From: Candidatus Chisholmbacteria bacterium RIFCSPHIGHO2_01_FULL_52_32 | GTDB taxonomy: Bacteria; Patescibacteriota; Microgenomatia; UBA1400; Chisholmbacteraceae | Length of the DNA: 64,000 nt | Reading direction: 5' to 3' | NCBI GenBank assembly: GCA_001816585.1 | Contig: MHCJ01000006.1 | Coordinates: 64,040-128,039, forward strand | In this document: positions 28,786-38,841 of the stretch, in pieces | How the letters are laid out: every line of letters begins with the position of its first letter | How positions within the stretch are numbered: the first letter of the stretch is position 1 | Position numbers and translations under genes: made by a program | The notes under the pieces: model-generated | What the model saw: the letters and a program-made list of their open reading frames with translations, nothing else | The model's database searches: none | Told to the model about the DNA's origin: nothing

Positions 28786-29815
28786 GAGCGCTGAGGGTAT
28801 CCTGAAAAACTTGAGCTGACTCCGTAAGTCCGGAAAGAAGATCGCTTGCAAAAATCTCCTCCCTTCTGCCTTCCTTAAGAAGGTGTTGTACCGCTTCAAG
28901 GCGCTGCTTCCCATCGAGCGCAACCGTCCGGTACGGACGGACCTTCGTTTGGTCGAGCAACCATGCCAGGCTCCCGATCTTCCCTATGGTATATCCGTAA
29001 TCCCGCCGGGCCGGAGCCCCTGCATTCGTTAAGTAGATGTTTCGAAGCAGATGCTGTTCAATTTCCTCCCCAACATCTACCAGAATCATCCGGTCCGATG
29101 CCCGCGCAAACGTCAACGCCGCCTCAATTTGTGCGTACTTCGCCGTGATGTACCCGCCCACTTCTTCCTCTCGTTGTTTTGCCCGCCGTTCCACCGCAAA
29201 CAATCCCTGAAGAGTAACCAGTTCATTCGGTCTCCCCCAAGAATCCTCGCCCTTGCTCGCCTTAATCAACCAAAGGGCCATCAGAAGCTTTATCTCAAGA
29301 AGGACGCGCGCGGGATCCAAACCTGCCTCCGAAAGCTGCGTAACGGTTTCTTCTTGAAGTGCTTCCCGCTTCGCTCTGGGGATGCCGGAAATCTCGTGCT
29401 CGGAAAACAGGGAAAGCAGATACCGCGACCTCCCCAGGACAACCTCAACCTGTTCGCGCTCAGTTTCCCGCTGTTCCTCAAGGATATGGGTTACCATGCG
29501 GATGCCGGTCTCAACACTCCCCCCATTCTTCTGGACTTCATGGATCTGCATCACCCGGACATCCTTCGTTATGAGCCCTTGTCGGAAAAGCGCCTCATCC
29601 GAATAGCGGCTTTTAGAAAGCGCGGTATACTCATCCGGACTCACCGTTCCCCGTAAAACCGGCATCCATTTAGGAACAAGGATCGTCCCGTCCCGCTCAA
29701 TCATCGCGGGGCTTCCGTACAAAGATTCTGCGCGATCGAACCGGGCCTTAAGCTCAACCGCCTCGGAGCCCGTTCGATAGACGAAGAACTCGGCGCCTCT
29801 GATCATAGCCGCCAT
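28757..29815 (-). CDS. hypothetical protein with C-terminal DGKQR motif (possible divergent ParB/DndB DGQHR-like domain)
   Basis: 352-aa ORF; VALDGKQRLEAVQHL segment; otherwise no motifs. Confidence 0.45.
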   Translation of the reverse strand: MAAMIRGAEFFVYRTGSEAVELKARFDRAESLYGSPAMIERDGTILVPKWMPVLRGTVSPDEYTALSKSRYSDEALFRQGLITKDVRVMQIHEVQKNGGSVETGIRMVTHILEEQRETEREQVEVVLGRSRYLLSLFSEHEISGIPRAKREALQEETVTQLSEAGLDPARVLLEIKLLMALWLIKASKGEDSWGRPNELVTLQGLFAVERRAKQREEEVGGYITAKYAQIEAALTFARASDRMILVDVGEEIEQHLLRNIYLTNAGAPARRDYGYTIGKIGSLAWLLDQTKVRPYRTVALDGKQRLEAVQHLLKEGRREEIFASDLLSGLTESAQVFQDTLSAHADVYSEDS

Positions 29816-30140
29816 ATTGTAGCAAAACCAAAAAACGTGTGTGGAAAAACCTAAAGCACAGAAGCTTGTTTCTGATCAAACGACAGCGTGGCTTGGTTTA
29901 AGGTCACCGCTTGCCCTGTCACCAGGCACATCCTGGCCCACTCTCGCGAGATCGCCTGCATCCGCTCAACTGCGGCTTCAGAACCTTCTGGTCCCGCACT
30001 GTTCGGACTGACATGTTGTGCGCCTTGCTCAACCATACTTCCCCCCTCTCTCTGCAATTGACGGAAAAACCAGACTATACAGGAAAACATCCGGTCTGAC
30101 AAGTCCGAGAGGGATAATCCTTTGGAAAAAACAGACAACC

Positions 30141-30773
30141 TTAAAATCCCGAAGGCCAATTTCTGTCCTCAACATTAAGCGCAGCCGCAATCTCCGCATC
30201 CGTGGCGGTCGCCTGCGTCCGCCGGGCCTGTTTGTTCGCGAACCTCAGTTTCAATTTCGCAAGCATTTGAGGATCGCTCGTCAGCCCTTTCTTCGTCGGC
30301 GGCTTCCGGTGTGATCGCCTACTCGCGTCAGCATGATCAATCCGCCTAAGCTCGCGGGGGCGAAACTTCTTCTGCATGAGCCTGTTTAGCCGGTCAAGCC
30401 GCCCGTCCCAACTGGCATCCTTCGCCCCTTCCTCTTGTGCCCACCGCGCATACGCCTCAGCCCAGTTCAACGTCGGGTCCGTAAGACAATAATGGAAGAT
30501 GTCGGGGAAATTAGGATCCTTCATAGCCAACCCCCAGTCTTCAGGAGACAATTCAAGCACGCCCGCGAGCTCGCGTATCCCGTCCCGTAAATCCGAGATG
30601 GTCCCTTCGGCCTGCTTCAGGGCTTCAGCTTGAGCCTCCATTTGCGCCCGCTCCTCCACAAAGTAGTCATGCAGAAAACGGTCGGTGTATGCAGGGGTAC
30701 CAAATACGCTTTCGCCCTCGGGAATCCCTGCATCCGGATCTATAGCTCCGGACAATTCAACTTCACTCCTCAT
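30141..30773 (-). CDS. hypothetical protein (210 aa)
   Basis: ORF preceded by the shared conserved leader motif. Confidence 0.5.
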   Translation of the reverse strand: MRSEVELSGAIDPDAGIPEGESVFGTPAYTDRFLHDYFVEERAQMEAQAEALKQAEGTISDLRDGIRELAGVLELSPEDWGLAMKDPNFPDIFHYCLTDPTLNWAEAYARWAQEEGAKDASWDGRLDRLNRLMQKKFRPRELRRIDHADASRRSHRKPPTKKGLTSDPQMLAKLKLRFANKQARRTQATATDAEIAAALNVEDRNWPSGF

Positions 30774-30900
30774 ATCCCCCGATTATAAACTCATCTTCTT
30801 CTCATTTGCATTTCTATCCATAAAGAGTGTGCAATACCCCGCTTCGACAGCGAGGCGAGCCCGATTCTCCAGATGTGGAGTTTGGCTGCCTGCCCGCCGT
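30774..30900 (-). promoter_or_regulatory. conserved upstream leader/promoter motif (copy 2)
   Basis: TAAACTCATCTT...TTGCAT...GTGCAATACCCC...CCAGATGTG...GGCTG aligns with 22883..22975. Confidence 0.5.
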
Positions 30901-31036
30901 AGCAACCGGCTGGCGAATCCTCCAGCTGACGGACTGCGCCAAGCAGTATTGCGAAGGAGGGGATAAGCCCACGAACGAAACAATCTGGAGCAAAAAGGGA
31001 AACGATAACGCAGTGACAGCCAAACGGACAAACAAA

Positions 31037-31285
31037 TTACAAAGACGAGTAATCGGGCATCACGCCCTGCTGTTTGCAACTCGAACAATGAGGGCGGAGG
31101 ATCCCGTGCTCGAGGTCAATACCGATGATTTCCCCCTTTGTCCCCGGACAGCCGCTATGCTGCTGAATATCCACCTCATCACCGATGCGAAACTCCCTCC
31201 CTCGGATCACAAGCACCACCTCTTCTCCCGGAAGAGAACCCTCTCCAGCCCCACCCTTTTCAAGTTTCGCCATAAGAAAGCCCAA
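31037..31285 (-). CDS. hypothetical small protein (82 aa), uncertain
   Basis: ORF in 640-nt intergenic region; several Cys; no RBS. Confidence 0.2.
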   Translation of the reverse strand: MGFLMAKLEKGGAGEGSLPGEEVVLVIRGREFRIGDEVDIQQHSGCPGTKGEIIGIDLEHGILRPHCSSCKQQGVMPDYSSL

Positions 31286-31416
31286 ATAGAAGAGAGTCGT
31301 AAAACAGAAAAAACGGTAGTCATTATCCTATCACGGATACCAAATCTTCAACAATCAACTACCAGCGAATAAGGAAAATCTGATATACTGCTTTTTTCGT
31401 TTGGAGGAAAAATACC

Positions 31417-32193
31417 ATGGCAACCACCCGTTTTATCCATCTTATTGCCGACTACGGTCTGGGCGATCCCTCCTTCGGCGAGGTTGCCCAACGCCTCACC
31501 AGCCTCCACCCCAACCTCACGGTCCATCCGACCTCGGTTCCCGCCTTCAACACCCTTGCTACGGGATTTTGGATCTACCAGTACGGCTTGGGCGAACACC
31601 CGAAAGGCATGCTGATTTTCGCCAATACCGCTCCCCGCAAAGACAGCAAGAAACCAAAGTTGGACAACGAAGGTGAAGGCCTCATATATGGCCTCCTCGA
31701 CAATGGCGTCGAAGTCATGGCCGTCAACGCCGGCTATTGCTTCTCCTTCGTCAAGCCCCACTTGAAAAATTTCAGGGTCGTCAACGTCGAAAACCGCGGC
31801 TCCCAATTCCGTTCGCGGGACTTCTATCCGCAGGCGATCGCCAAGCATCTACAAGGAAAGAACGTTCTCGGTCACGAACTTAGCCCATCCATCATCCCCG
31901 AAGTCCCTAAAAACCAGATCGCTTGGATCGACGGCTACGGGAACATCAAAACCACCATTCGCCAAAGTCAATTCAACCTCAAGCCCGGAACCAAGGCAAA
32001 AATCTCAATAAACGGCACAACCAGAACTGCCCTTGTCGTAGGCGGCGTCTTCTCGGTTGCCGAAGGCGAGCTTTCCTTCTCGCCCGGCTCTTCGGGATAC
32101 GAAGACCGATTCATGGAATTGATCCTGCGCGGCGGAAGTGCCGAGCACCTCTTCGAATTCCCCAAAATCGGAACGGGAATCATCCTGAAGTGA
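31417..32193 (+). CDS. SAM hydroxide adenosyltransferase family protein (DUF62; fluorinase/chlorinase-like SAM hydrolase)
   Basis: IHLIADYGLGDPSFGEV N-terminal motif and DGYGNIKTTI motif match DUF62 family; GGAGG RBS. Confidence 0.7.
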   Translation: MATTRFIHLIADYGLGDPSFGEVAQRLTSLHPNLTVHPTSVPAFNTLATGFWIYQYGLGEHPKGMLIFANTAPRKDSKKPKLDNEGEGLIYGLLDNGVEVMAVNAGYCFSFVKPHLKNFRVVNVENRGSQFRSRDFYPQAIAKHLQGKNVLGHELSPSIIPEVPKNQIAWIDGYGNIKTTIRQSQFNLKPGTKAKISINGTTRTALVVGGVFSVAEGELSFSPGSSGYEDRFMELILRGGSAEHLFEFPKIGTGIILK

Positions 32194-32210
32194 AACTCCA
32201 AGAAGAATCG

Positions 32211-32507
32211 TTATCGTGATGAAGACTTAGTTCGAAGTTCCTTCTCAACCTGCTCTGCCAGAAAGATCTTCATGAGCGACTGATACGGAACATCTTTTGC
32301 GTTCGCCAGTTGTTTGATCCTTGCCAATAGAGGCTCAGGAAGCCGAAGAGATATTGCCTTGGTGGATGGTTTAAGATTCGGAAAAACAACAGGCTCTGCT
32401 TTACTCCAATCGATATAATCAGTGGAGTCGTGAGTCGCCCAAAATTCACGCTCTTCGTCTTCGTTTTTAAAACTTGGAATTGGTTTGAGCTTTTTACTTC
32501 TTGCCAT
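32211..32507 (-). CDS. brnA: BrnA antitoxin (CopG/RHH-like)
   Basis: Downstream of and overlapping brnT; C-terminal RHH-like segment ISLRLPEPLLARIKQLA. Confidence 0.7.
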   Translation of the reverse strand: MARSKKLKPIPSFKNEDEEREFWATHDSTDYIDWSKAEPVVFPNLKPSTKAISLRLPEPLLARIKQLANAKDVPYQSLMKIFLAEQVEKELRTKSSSR

Positions 32508-32790
32508 ATTGTCCTCTTTCTTTTCTACTCGCCGGCCTTGCTGAAATAATTCTCACCCTGTAACCCCTTACTGTAAAAGATAAAAATATGGCCCTATTTT
32601 CATCTGTCTTTCCTAAAGCATGGTATCTAACTTCAGTTGTCGTTGAATGCTTTCTATCAAGAGAAACACATAAGGGCTGATTATTAAAAATCTCTTCTGA
32701 TTCCTTGTCACTTATCCCATGCTTTTGAAAGTTCTTGCGGATATTGCCCTTATTCCATTCGAATTCCAATGGTTCAGGCAATATTTTCAT
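32494..32790 (-). CDS. brnT: BrnT toxin (DUF497 ribonuclease)
   Basis: FEWNKGNIRKNFQKHGIS ... RIISARPASRKER matches BrnT/DUF497; toxin-first order typical of brnTA. Confidence 0.75.
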   Translation of the reverse strand: MKILPEPLEFEWNKGNIRKNFQKHGISDKESEEIFNNQPLCVSLDRKHSTTTEVRYHALGKTDENRAIFLSFTVRGYRVRIISARPASRKERGQYGKK

Positions 32791-32844
32791 TCTACTAATG
32801 AGTATATATCAGAGATATACATTAGTCAACAAGGAAAGGAGCTG

Positions 32845-33480
32845 TTAACTCCTGTTGAGTTCTGCTATAGCCTCAGGAATTTCTAAAAAAGATTCAACAT
32901 TTAAATCCGCCCCTTGAAGTGGTCGCGCCGAATACACAATAATTTTTGTGTTTGCCGCTTTCGCTGCTTGGATGTCAGTTTCGGAATCGCCGATATAGAC
33001 CGCTTCTCCGGCCTTCACCTTTAATTTTTTGAGCGCGAGAAGCAAAGGCTCCGGATGCGGTTTCGGATGGGTGTAGTCTTCATAAGAAACGACGACCGTA
33101 AAATACTGCTTCAGTCCGGAAATCGTAAAGTAGTCCTCTACACCCAACCGTACCCTGCTCGTCACTATTGCCAATCGGTATGTTTTATCTAGTGTATCAA
33201 CGACGTCCCTTGAGTGTTCGGGGATTTTAAGCAGTTCCGTTGGGTATCGTACTTTCCGTCCTCTCCCCATTTCCCAAACTTCTCTCACTCTCACGTCAGA
33301 AGTTTCCTGCGTCAGTTGCCGTATCGCATCCATCATCGGCAGATGGAAAACACCCTCAATTTCTTTTCTTGATGGAACGTTGTACCCGCTCTCTTCAAGC
33401 AGGAGCTGGTAAAACTTGATATTTGCTTCCCAGGAATCAAGCAGCACCCCGTCGACATCAAAGATAACTACCTTGATCAT
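32845..33480 (-). CDS. HAD-superfamily hydrolase (subfamily IA)
   Basis: Motif I VIFDVDGVL, motif III-IV region YIGDSETDIQAA. Confidence 0.8.
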   Translation of the reverse strand: MIKVVIFDVDGVLLDSWEANIKFYQLLLEESGYNVPSRKEIEGVFHLPMMDAIRQLTQETSDVRVREVWEMGRGRKVRYPTELLKIPEHSRDVVDTLDKTYRLAIVTSRVRLGVEDYFTISGLKQYFTVVVSYEDYTHPKPHPEPLLLALKKLKVKAGEAVYIGDSETDIQAAKAANTKIIVYSARPLQGADLNVESFLEIPEAIAELNRS

Positions 33481-33527
33481 GGTGTTTATTGTACCCGATG
33501 CGTCATCCTGAGAAGAGCATCAGATCA

Positions 33528-34565
33528 TTATCTCTTCCGACCGCTCGCTTCAATATAATGACGAACCGCCTGTAAATTTGAATACCAATTCCGCCCTTTC
33601 TTTACCGCCTCGATTCTCCCTCTTCTGGCCAACAAACTCAGGTATTCCTGAGAGTAAGGTGCTTTGAGGGCAAGTTCGGAAAGCAACTGCCACATCTCCA
33701 CCATCTTTTTCTTCTTTTCTGGAATAACCGCTTCCAAATACCATGTCAGCGACCGCTCAACACTTCTACCGATAAAATCCACAAATAGCTTAAGCTCTCC
33801 TCGATGGGCTAAATCAAGTGCCCGATAATATTTTTGCCTATCAGTCTTAAGAATGACGGTCGGTGGATAACCCCTATTCATCAAAATCAAATTCATCAGC
33901 AGCCTCGCCGTGCGGCCATTTCCATCGATAAACGGGTGAATATCTACCAGCTTAAAATGGGCCAGCGCCGAATAATCAATCAGATGTTGCTGGTTTTCAC
34001 TTTTTGCTAACCATTTCTCAAGCTGTCTCATTGCTATTGGCAGCCTTGCCGGAGAAGGAGGCACAAACCCGGAACCGGTTATTTTTACCTCCACCTCTCG
34101 ATATCTACCGGCATGATCATTGTCTATTTCTTTCAAAATCAATTGATGAATCTGCCTGATAAGCAGTTGGTCAATCCGGAATCCACCTTTCTCTACCAAT
34201 TTCTCCAAAAACAAAATTGCGCCCTTATGATTGATCGCCTCGAAATGTTCCTTCAGAGGCTTTCCTTTAATCGTCAACCCATGCTCGATTATAAGCTCCG
34301 TCTCCCGTAAAGAAAGGCTTGTCCCCTCAATTGCATTAGAGTTATACGTCCACTCAATAATTACCTGCTCCCGTAACCGATTCACCAACGACGTGGGCAA
34401 GGGCCTAAGGCTATCAAGACGTTTCTTCTTCTCTACAATTCTCTGGAAAATAGACTGATCAAGAATCATATTGAAACTCTCATATGTATAAAGTTTGAAA
34501 TCCCGCCGTAGCTCTGCTGCCTGCAAAGCGAAGGAGGATCGTATCGGATAGATACATTTTATCAT
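33528..34565 (-). CDS. Fic-family protein (class II, N-terminal inhibitory motif) with C-terminal wHTH-like region
   Basis: Fic active-site HPFIDGNGRTARLL; inhibitory (S/T)xxxE(G/N) motif SNAIEG upstream. Confidence 0.85.
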   Translation of the reverse strand: MIKCIYPIRSSFALQAAELRRDFKLYTYESFNMILDQSIFQRIVEKKKRLDSLRPLPTSLVNRLREQVIIEWTYNSNAIEGTSLSLRETELIIEHGLTIKGKPLKEHFEAINHKGAILFLEKLVEKGGFRIDQLLIRQIHQLILKEIDNDHAGRYREVEVKITGSGFVPPSPARLPIAMRQLEKWLAKSENQQHLIDYSALAHFKLVDIHPFIDGNGRTARLLMNLILMNRGYPPTVILKTDRQKYYRALDLAHRGELKLFVDFIGRSVERSLTWYLEAVIPEKKKKMVEMWQLLSELALKAPYSQEYLSLLARRGRIEAVKKGRNWYSNLQAVRHYIEASGRKR

Positions 34566-34643
34566 TTATCCGATACTTGTCAAGCCCTGACAAACAATGA
34601 GGATACTCCAAACGGAAGCGTTGCTCACTCACCTTCTTGGAAG

Positions 34644-35018
34644 CTATGTACTCATCGGGGTCATCAGCTGAAAGTAGTTTCCGTCCGGATCGGCAAACGT
34701 CGCGATCCACATCCCCTTCTCCTGTTCCGGCCGGTACGGCTCTGCAACCACCTCAACACCCAAAGCCTTGATCCTCGCAAACTCATCTTTCACATCCTTC
34801 GTCTCAAAGTTGATAAGTATCCTCCCCGGCTCTTTATTCTTCCCGTGGACTTTGTCATGCGGACCGACGCACAAATTTCCGCTCCCCACTTGCCAGGCTG
34901 CCCATTCCCCCTCTTCCCATTCGGGGGTTGCCCCGAATATTTTTGTATAAAACTCGATCAGCTGCTTTGGCTTCTCGGATCCGATGAGGATGGAATTCAA
35001 ATCCAACTTGTTTTTCAT
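34644..35018 (-). CDS. VOC/glyoxalase-bleomycin resistance family protein
   Basis: 124-aa beta-alpha-beta-beta-beta fold pattern, FADPDGNYFQL C-terminal motif. Confidence 0.7.
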   Translation of the reverse strand: MKNKLDLNSILIGSEKPKQLIEFYTKIFGATPEWEEGEWAAWQVGSGNLCVGPHDKVHGKNKEPGRILINFETKDVKDEFARIKALGVEVVAEPYRPEQEKGMWIATFADPDGNYFQLMTPMST

Positions 35019-35146
35019 AGCTCCCAGACTTCCTTCTATAAATGTTTAAAAAGTTATCCTAGTGTACGTTTAGTTTCCGGGAAAATCAACGCCTGCATGC
35101 CACGCGCTAGGAGAGTTTCTAAAAAAATCTTTTTTTACTTACCGCT

Positions 35147-35782
35147 TCAATATCCCCAATCCTTCATCCATTGGCGCATTTGGTCGATCTCACGAGTTTG
35201 AGCGGTGATAATGTCCACGGCTAGCTTCTTCATCTCTGACCGCTGTGTTCCAATCTGAAGCATATTGGCCATCATCACAGCCATTTGATGATGTGGAATC
35301 ATGGCTTCCACAAATGCCCTATCAAAGTCCTCCGCCTGTCCAAGTCTTGTGATGTCGGTTTCGTCGCCCATCATTCCCATATGCATATTGCTGCTTCCCA
35401 TACCATGCATTCCCATGACATCATCGTCGATTGGTACGTCAGTTCCGAACCAATCTTTATACCAGTCTTTCATTTGATTTATTTCTTTGCCTTGGGAATC
35501 AATAATATTGAGTGCCAACTGTTTTACCTCAGCGCGCTTTGCATTGGTCTGTACAAGCCTCGCCATGGTAATCGCATCTTCATGATGAGGAATCATTTGT
35601 TCGATAAAATGAGCATCCATGGTATTGGAATTAGGTATCATGCCCTGATTTCCTCCACGCATACCCATCATTTGTGTAATACCGGTCATGTTGTTATTAA
35701 CGGCAGTAGCTGCCAAAAGCCAAACAACGACACCTCCGATGAAAACTCCGGCTATTCCATAGAAGAGTGGGTCCCTTTTCAT
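35147..35782 (-). CDS. DUF305 family membrane-anchored metal-binding protein
   Basis: Duplicated MIPHH(E/Q) motifs (FIEQMIPHHEDAITMA and FVEAMIPHHQMAVMMA); start set at MKRDPL before TM helix. Confidence 0.7.
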   Translation of the reverse strand: MKRDPLFYGIAGVFIGGVVVWLLAATAVNNNMTGITQMMGMRGGNQGMIPNSNTMDAHFIEQMIPHHEDAITMARLVQTNAKRAEVKQLALNIIDSQGKEINQMKDWYKDWFGTDVPIDDDVMGMHGMGSSNMHMGMMGDETDITRLGQAEDFDRAFVEAMIPHHQMAVMMANMLQIGTQRSEMKKLAVDIITAQTREIDQMRQWMKDWGY

Positions 35783-36007
35783 AGAATTCACCTCCCCCAA
35801 TGAGATAGCTATTTGGAACAGCTCATGGGATCCCGTGAGATCTGAAAGTATCTCACCGGGACTTTCCAAGTTTAATCATATGATACATGAATTGAAAGAT
35901 AGTTTTCTTCCTACCCCAGATTGAATCAAAGCATGAAAAGCCAGTTGATCGAAAAAGGTTCGATGCTATACTTAGGCTTAATAAAAATTGAAATAAGGAG
36001 GATGCGA

Positions 36008-36286
36008 ATGCCCAGGTTCTTAATTGAAGTACCACACGAAAATTCTAAAGCTTCCTGTGATCTCGCGGTGAATGTGTTCAAATCTACAGGCTCACACTTC
36101 TTAACCAACGCAGACTTCGGCTGTCCGGACGGTATTCATAAGGCATGGGTAACGCTCAGCGCAAAGAGCAAGAGGGAGGCATTGTACGTCGTTCCCCCGC
36201 CTTTCAGGAATAAAGCTCGGGCAATAAAGGTAAGGAAATTTGCACTGGAGATATTCGAAAAAACCATCAGGCCTCAACACAAGTAG
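36008..36286 (+). CDS. hypothetical small protein
   Basis: AAGGAGG RBS before ATG; followed by strong terminator. Confidence 0.35.
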   Translation: MPRFLIEVPHENSKASCDLAVNVFKSTGSHFLTNADFGCPDGIHKAWVTLSAKSKREALYVVPPPFRNKARAIKVRKFALEIFEKTIRPQHK

Positions 36287-36375
36287 ATAAGTAGTGCTTC
36301 TCAGTACCCCATACTCGAGCTGGTACCTCAACATCTACTGGGGATCGTATTCCGAAGAGTGTCGTCATCGCGGAA

Positions 36376-36405
36376 ACAAAAAAAAGAGAGCCGTTTCGGC
36401 TCTTT
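36376..36405. terminator. bidirectional rho-independent terminator between convergent genes
   Basis: AAAAAAAAG-AGAGCCG-ttt-CGGCTCT-TTTTTCTT. Confidence 0.7.
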
Positions 36406-36485
36406 TTCTTGTCTGCTCCCTCTGTGCCTGCCCGCCTTTGGATGGAGATACTATACCAAATGGTTACGGAGTAAGGAGTAAGCGG

Positions 36486-37118
36486 TTACTCTGCCGGAAT
36501 CATAAGGTGCTCGTACGGAGTACCTGCCCACATGATCCAGGCGCCGCCTTTTTTAGGGTCAGTTCCATAGAGAGTAGGGTCGAGTCTGCCAACCGGAAAA
36601 ACCATGACATGGGATGGGGTAGTAATCCAGTCTTCTCCTTCTGTTGGGGTAGTCGCAAAAGGATCGGTGTTTGATGCATCAGAACCACCCTCAAGCATAT
36701 AAGCCAGACCAATTTGAGTTAGGCTGGGAGTTTTTTGCGCCACATATGCTTGCAACCATTCCATACCTGATTTATCTAAACACATTGGGTCTTTACCCGG
36801 TGAGGCCGGATAATCCGGCAGACAGGTCCAACCATTGGTACCCTGTTGAAGCTCAATTAAACTGCCCCCTTCTGCTTCAGGAAAATCCATTACAGTGGCA
36901 TCTTCCCTCAGAGACTCAGGTGCGGCAGATAAAGCATCTTGGATCTTTGCTTCTTCGGAACCCGGTTGGGAGGAAGTGGATGGGCTTTGGGTCTCTGACA
37001 ATGCTTGCTGATTTGGGGAATTGGGAGTTTCGGTAGATGTTACCGCACCATGAATAAAATACCCAGCAATGCCGCCCGCGATTAATGCCACAATAACAGC
37101 CGGGGTTAGTTTATCCAT
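36486..37118 (-). CDS. hypothetical membrane-anchored secreted protein
   Basis: N-terminal TM (AVIVALIAGGIAGYFI), Ser/Thr/Pro-rich linker, Cys pair; 210 aa. Confidence 0.5.
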   Translation of the reverse strand: MDKLTPAVIVALIAGGIAGYFIHGAVTSTETPNSPNQQALSETQSPSTSSQPGSEEAKIQDALSAAPESLREDATVMDFPEAEGGSLIELQQGTNGWTCLPDYPASPGKDPMCLDKSGMEWLQAYVAQKTPSLTQIGLAYMLEGGSDASNTDPFATTPTEGEDWITTPSHVMVFPVGRLDPTLYGTDPKKGGAWIMWAGTPYEHLMIPAE

Positions 37119-37268
37119 AATTGTTGGCTGAGTGTAACACGTACACTCTCTTTGTCAATAGTTCTTCGGACACTATCCGCATAATCGTTGATAATCCGCC
37201 CCGGAGGTGGTTTTCTCCGGCCTCCCTCGCTCTGTCGGAGATAAGAGAAAATTTGATAGTATTAAAGA

Positions 37269-38504
37269 GTGAACGTACCCCTGCTGATCATTACCCTTAT
37301 CGCGTGTTGTATTGCAGTCGTACTGTATAGGATATTCATCCGGCAGCGCTCGCAACTCGACCAATACAGGAAGCGGTTAAATGACCTGGAAATGACACTC
37401 GGTAAAACCCAAGCAGATCTTGCGAGGATCCCCAAAGAAGCCCAAGGCCAGAATGAATTTCAGCTCCTTGCGGGTCGAATAGTATCGCATTTGGATCACG
37501 GAGTAATTTGTATTGATCAGAATGGCGTCGTACAGCTTGTCAACACATACGCAGAAAAATTCCTAGACAGTCCTCCTGCCGTAGGAAAGCCGTATTCTGA
37601 GGTCTTGCACAGGTTAAAAATCGGCGGGAGGAATGATTTTTCACAATTTGAGCAGGCACGAAAGGGAAAAAGCCAAACCCTGCCGGAGACTGTCGAGTTC
37701 ACCACCAAACACGGGAACATACCGATCAGCGCCACGCTCACTCCGCTTTTGTCCGATGGAACGAATGCAATAACCGCATTTATTTTTGCCGACAACAGTC
37801 GAAACGTCGCCCGTATCTTGGAAGAAAAAGCGTTTTTTTCTGCAGCAGCGCATGAGCTGCGTACTCCCCTATCCGTCATACGCATGGCGGTCTATTTGCT
37901 TTTGACAAAGTTCGATGCGCTGGGCCGGGAAGAAAGAATAGATCACCTCAAAAAAATTGAAAAAACATCCGAACAGTTGGCAAATCTCGTCAATGATTTC
38001 CTAAACGTATCACGGATTGACCAGGGAAGACTGGAAGTCGATAAAACTCCATTTGACATCGTAACGCTCACCGATGAGGTAATAAAAGAGCTTTCCGATC
38101 TGGCCAAAAAACGCAAGCTCTATATCCATCATGACATTGGCGGAGAACATCGCAGAGTCATAGGGGATAAGATGAAATCAAAAGAAGTGTTAACAAACCT
38201 GGTGAGCAATGGCATTAAATATACACTTCAGGGCGGATTGACGATCACCCACCAAGAAGAAAAAGGAACGCTCATGACCAAAGTGACCGACACCGGCAGC
38301 GGCATTACGCCGGCATCTCAACGCTTGCTTTTTAGGCGGTTCATGCAGGTCGGCGGAGGACGTCTTCAGTCCAAAGCGGAAAGTACCGGTTTGGGTTTGT
38401 ATATATCAAAGAAGTTTGCCCAACTCATGGGGGGAGATGTCGTCCTGGAAGTGAGCAAGCCAAACAAAGGCTCAACGTTTGCCTTCAGTTTACCAATGGG
38501 GTAA
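37269..38504 (+). CDS. sensor histidine kinase (TM + PAS-like + HisKA + HATPase_c), orphan
   Basis: H-box AAHELRTPLSVI, N/G boxes LVSNGIKYT, DTGSGI, GTGLGLYISKKF; GTG start. Confidence 0.85.
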   Translation: MNVPLLIITLIACCIAVVLYRIFIRQRSQLDQYRKRLNDLEMTLGKTQADLARIPKEAQGQNEFQLLAGRIVSHLDHGVICIDQNGVVQLVNTYAEKFLDSPPAVGKPYSEVLHRLKIGGRNDFSQFEQARKGKSQTLPETVEFTTKHGNIPISATLTPLLSDGTNAITAFIFADNSRNVARILEEKAFFSAAAHELRTPLSVIRMAVYLLLTKFDALGREERIDHLKKIEKTSEQLANLVNDFLNVSRIDQGRLEVDKTPFDIVTLTDEVIKELSDLAKKRKLYIHHDIGGEHRRVIGDKMKSKEVLTNLVSNGIKYTLQGGLTITHQEEKGTLMTKVTDTGSGITPASQRLLFRRFMQVGGGRLQSKAESTGLGLYISKKFAQLMGGDVVLEVSKPNKGSTFAFSLPMG

Positions 38505-38523
38505 AAAGATAAGGGCTTAGAGG

Positions 38524-38841
38524 CTAGAGTATATCCCTGTCGACTCTTGTAGCTTTCTTGAACCAATCAGGCCAGCCCAACTCATCGCCCCACCTCTTTA
38601 GAGTAACAGTATCCTCGATCTTTAATTCTGGATGCTTTTCCAGAAATTCATAGCAATCTCTTAGTAGTTCTTCGCCTTGTTCGTTCAACCTACTTTCTCT
38701 ATTGTATTCTTCTAAATTTCCAATGAGTCCGACAAATGAGTCCCAAAGTGCGGGCCACGAATTAATGAGAAAATCAGGTGTTACGGGTCTTGTCCTCCCA
38801 TCACCGAACAATACTGGAAATTTTTGTTCTCTTTCCGTCAT
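38524..38841 (-). CDS. hypothetical protein (105 aa)
   Basis: ORF only. Confidence 0.4.
   Translation of the reverse strand: MTEREQKFPVLFGDGRTRPVTPDFLINSWPALWDSFVGLIGNLEEYNRESRLNEQGEELLRDCYEFLEKHPELKIEDTVTLKRWGDELGWPDWFKKATRVDRDIL

Noticed and set aside
30827-31372. 181-aa plus-strand ORF in the 30.8-31.4 kb intergenic region
   Set aside because: Overlaps the conserved leader motif and the minus-strand 82-aa ORF; composition is not protein-like.
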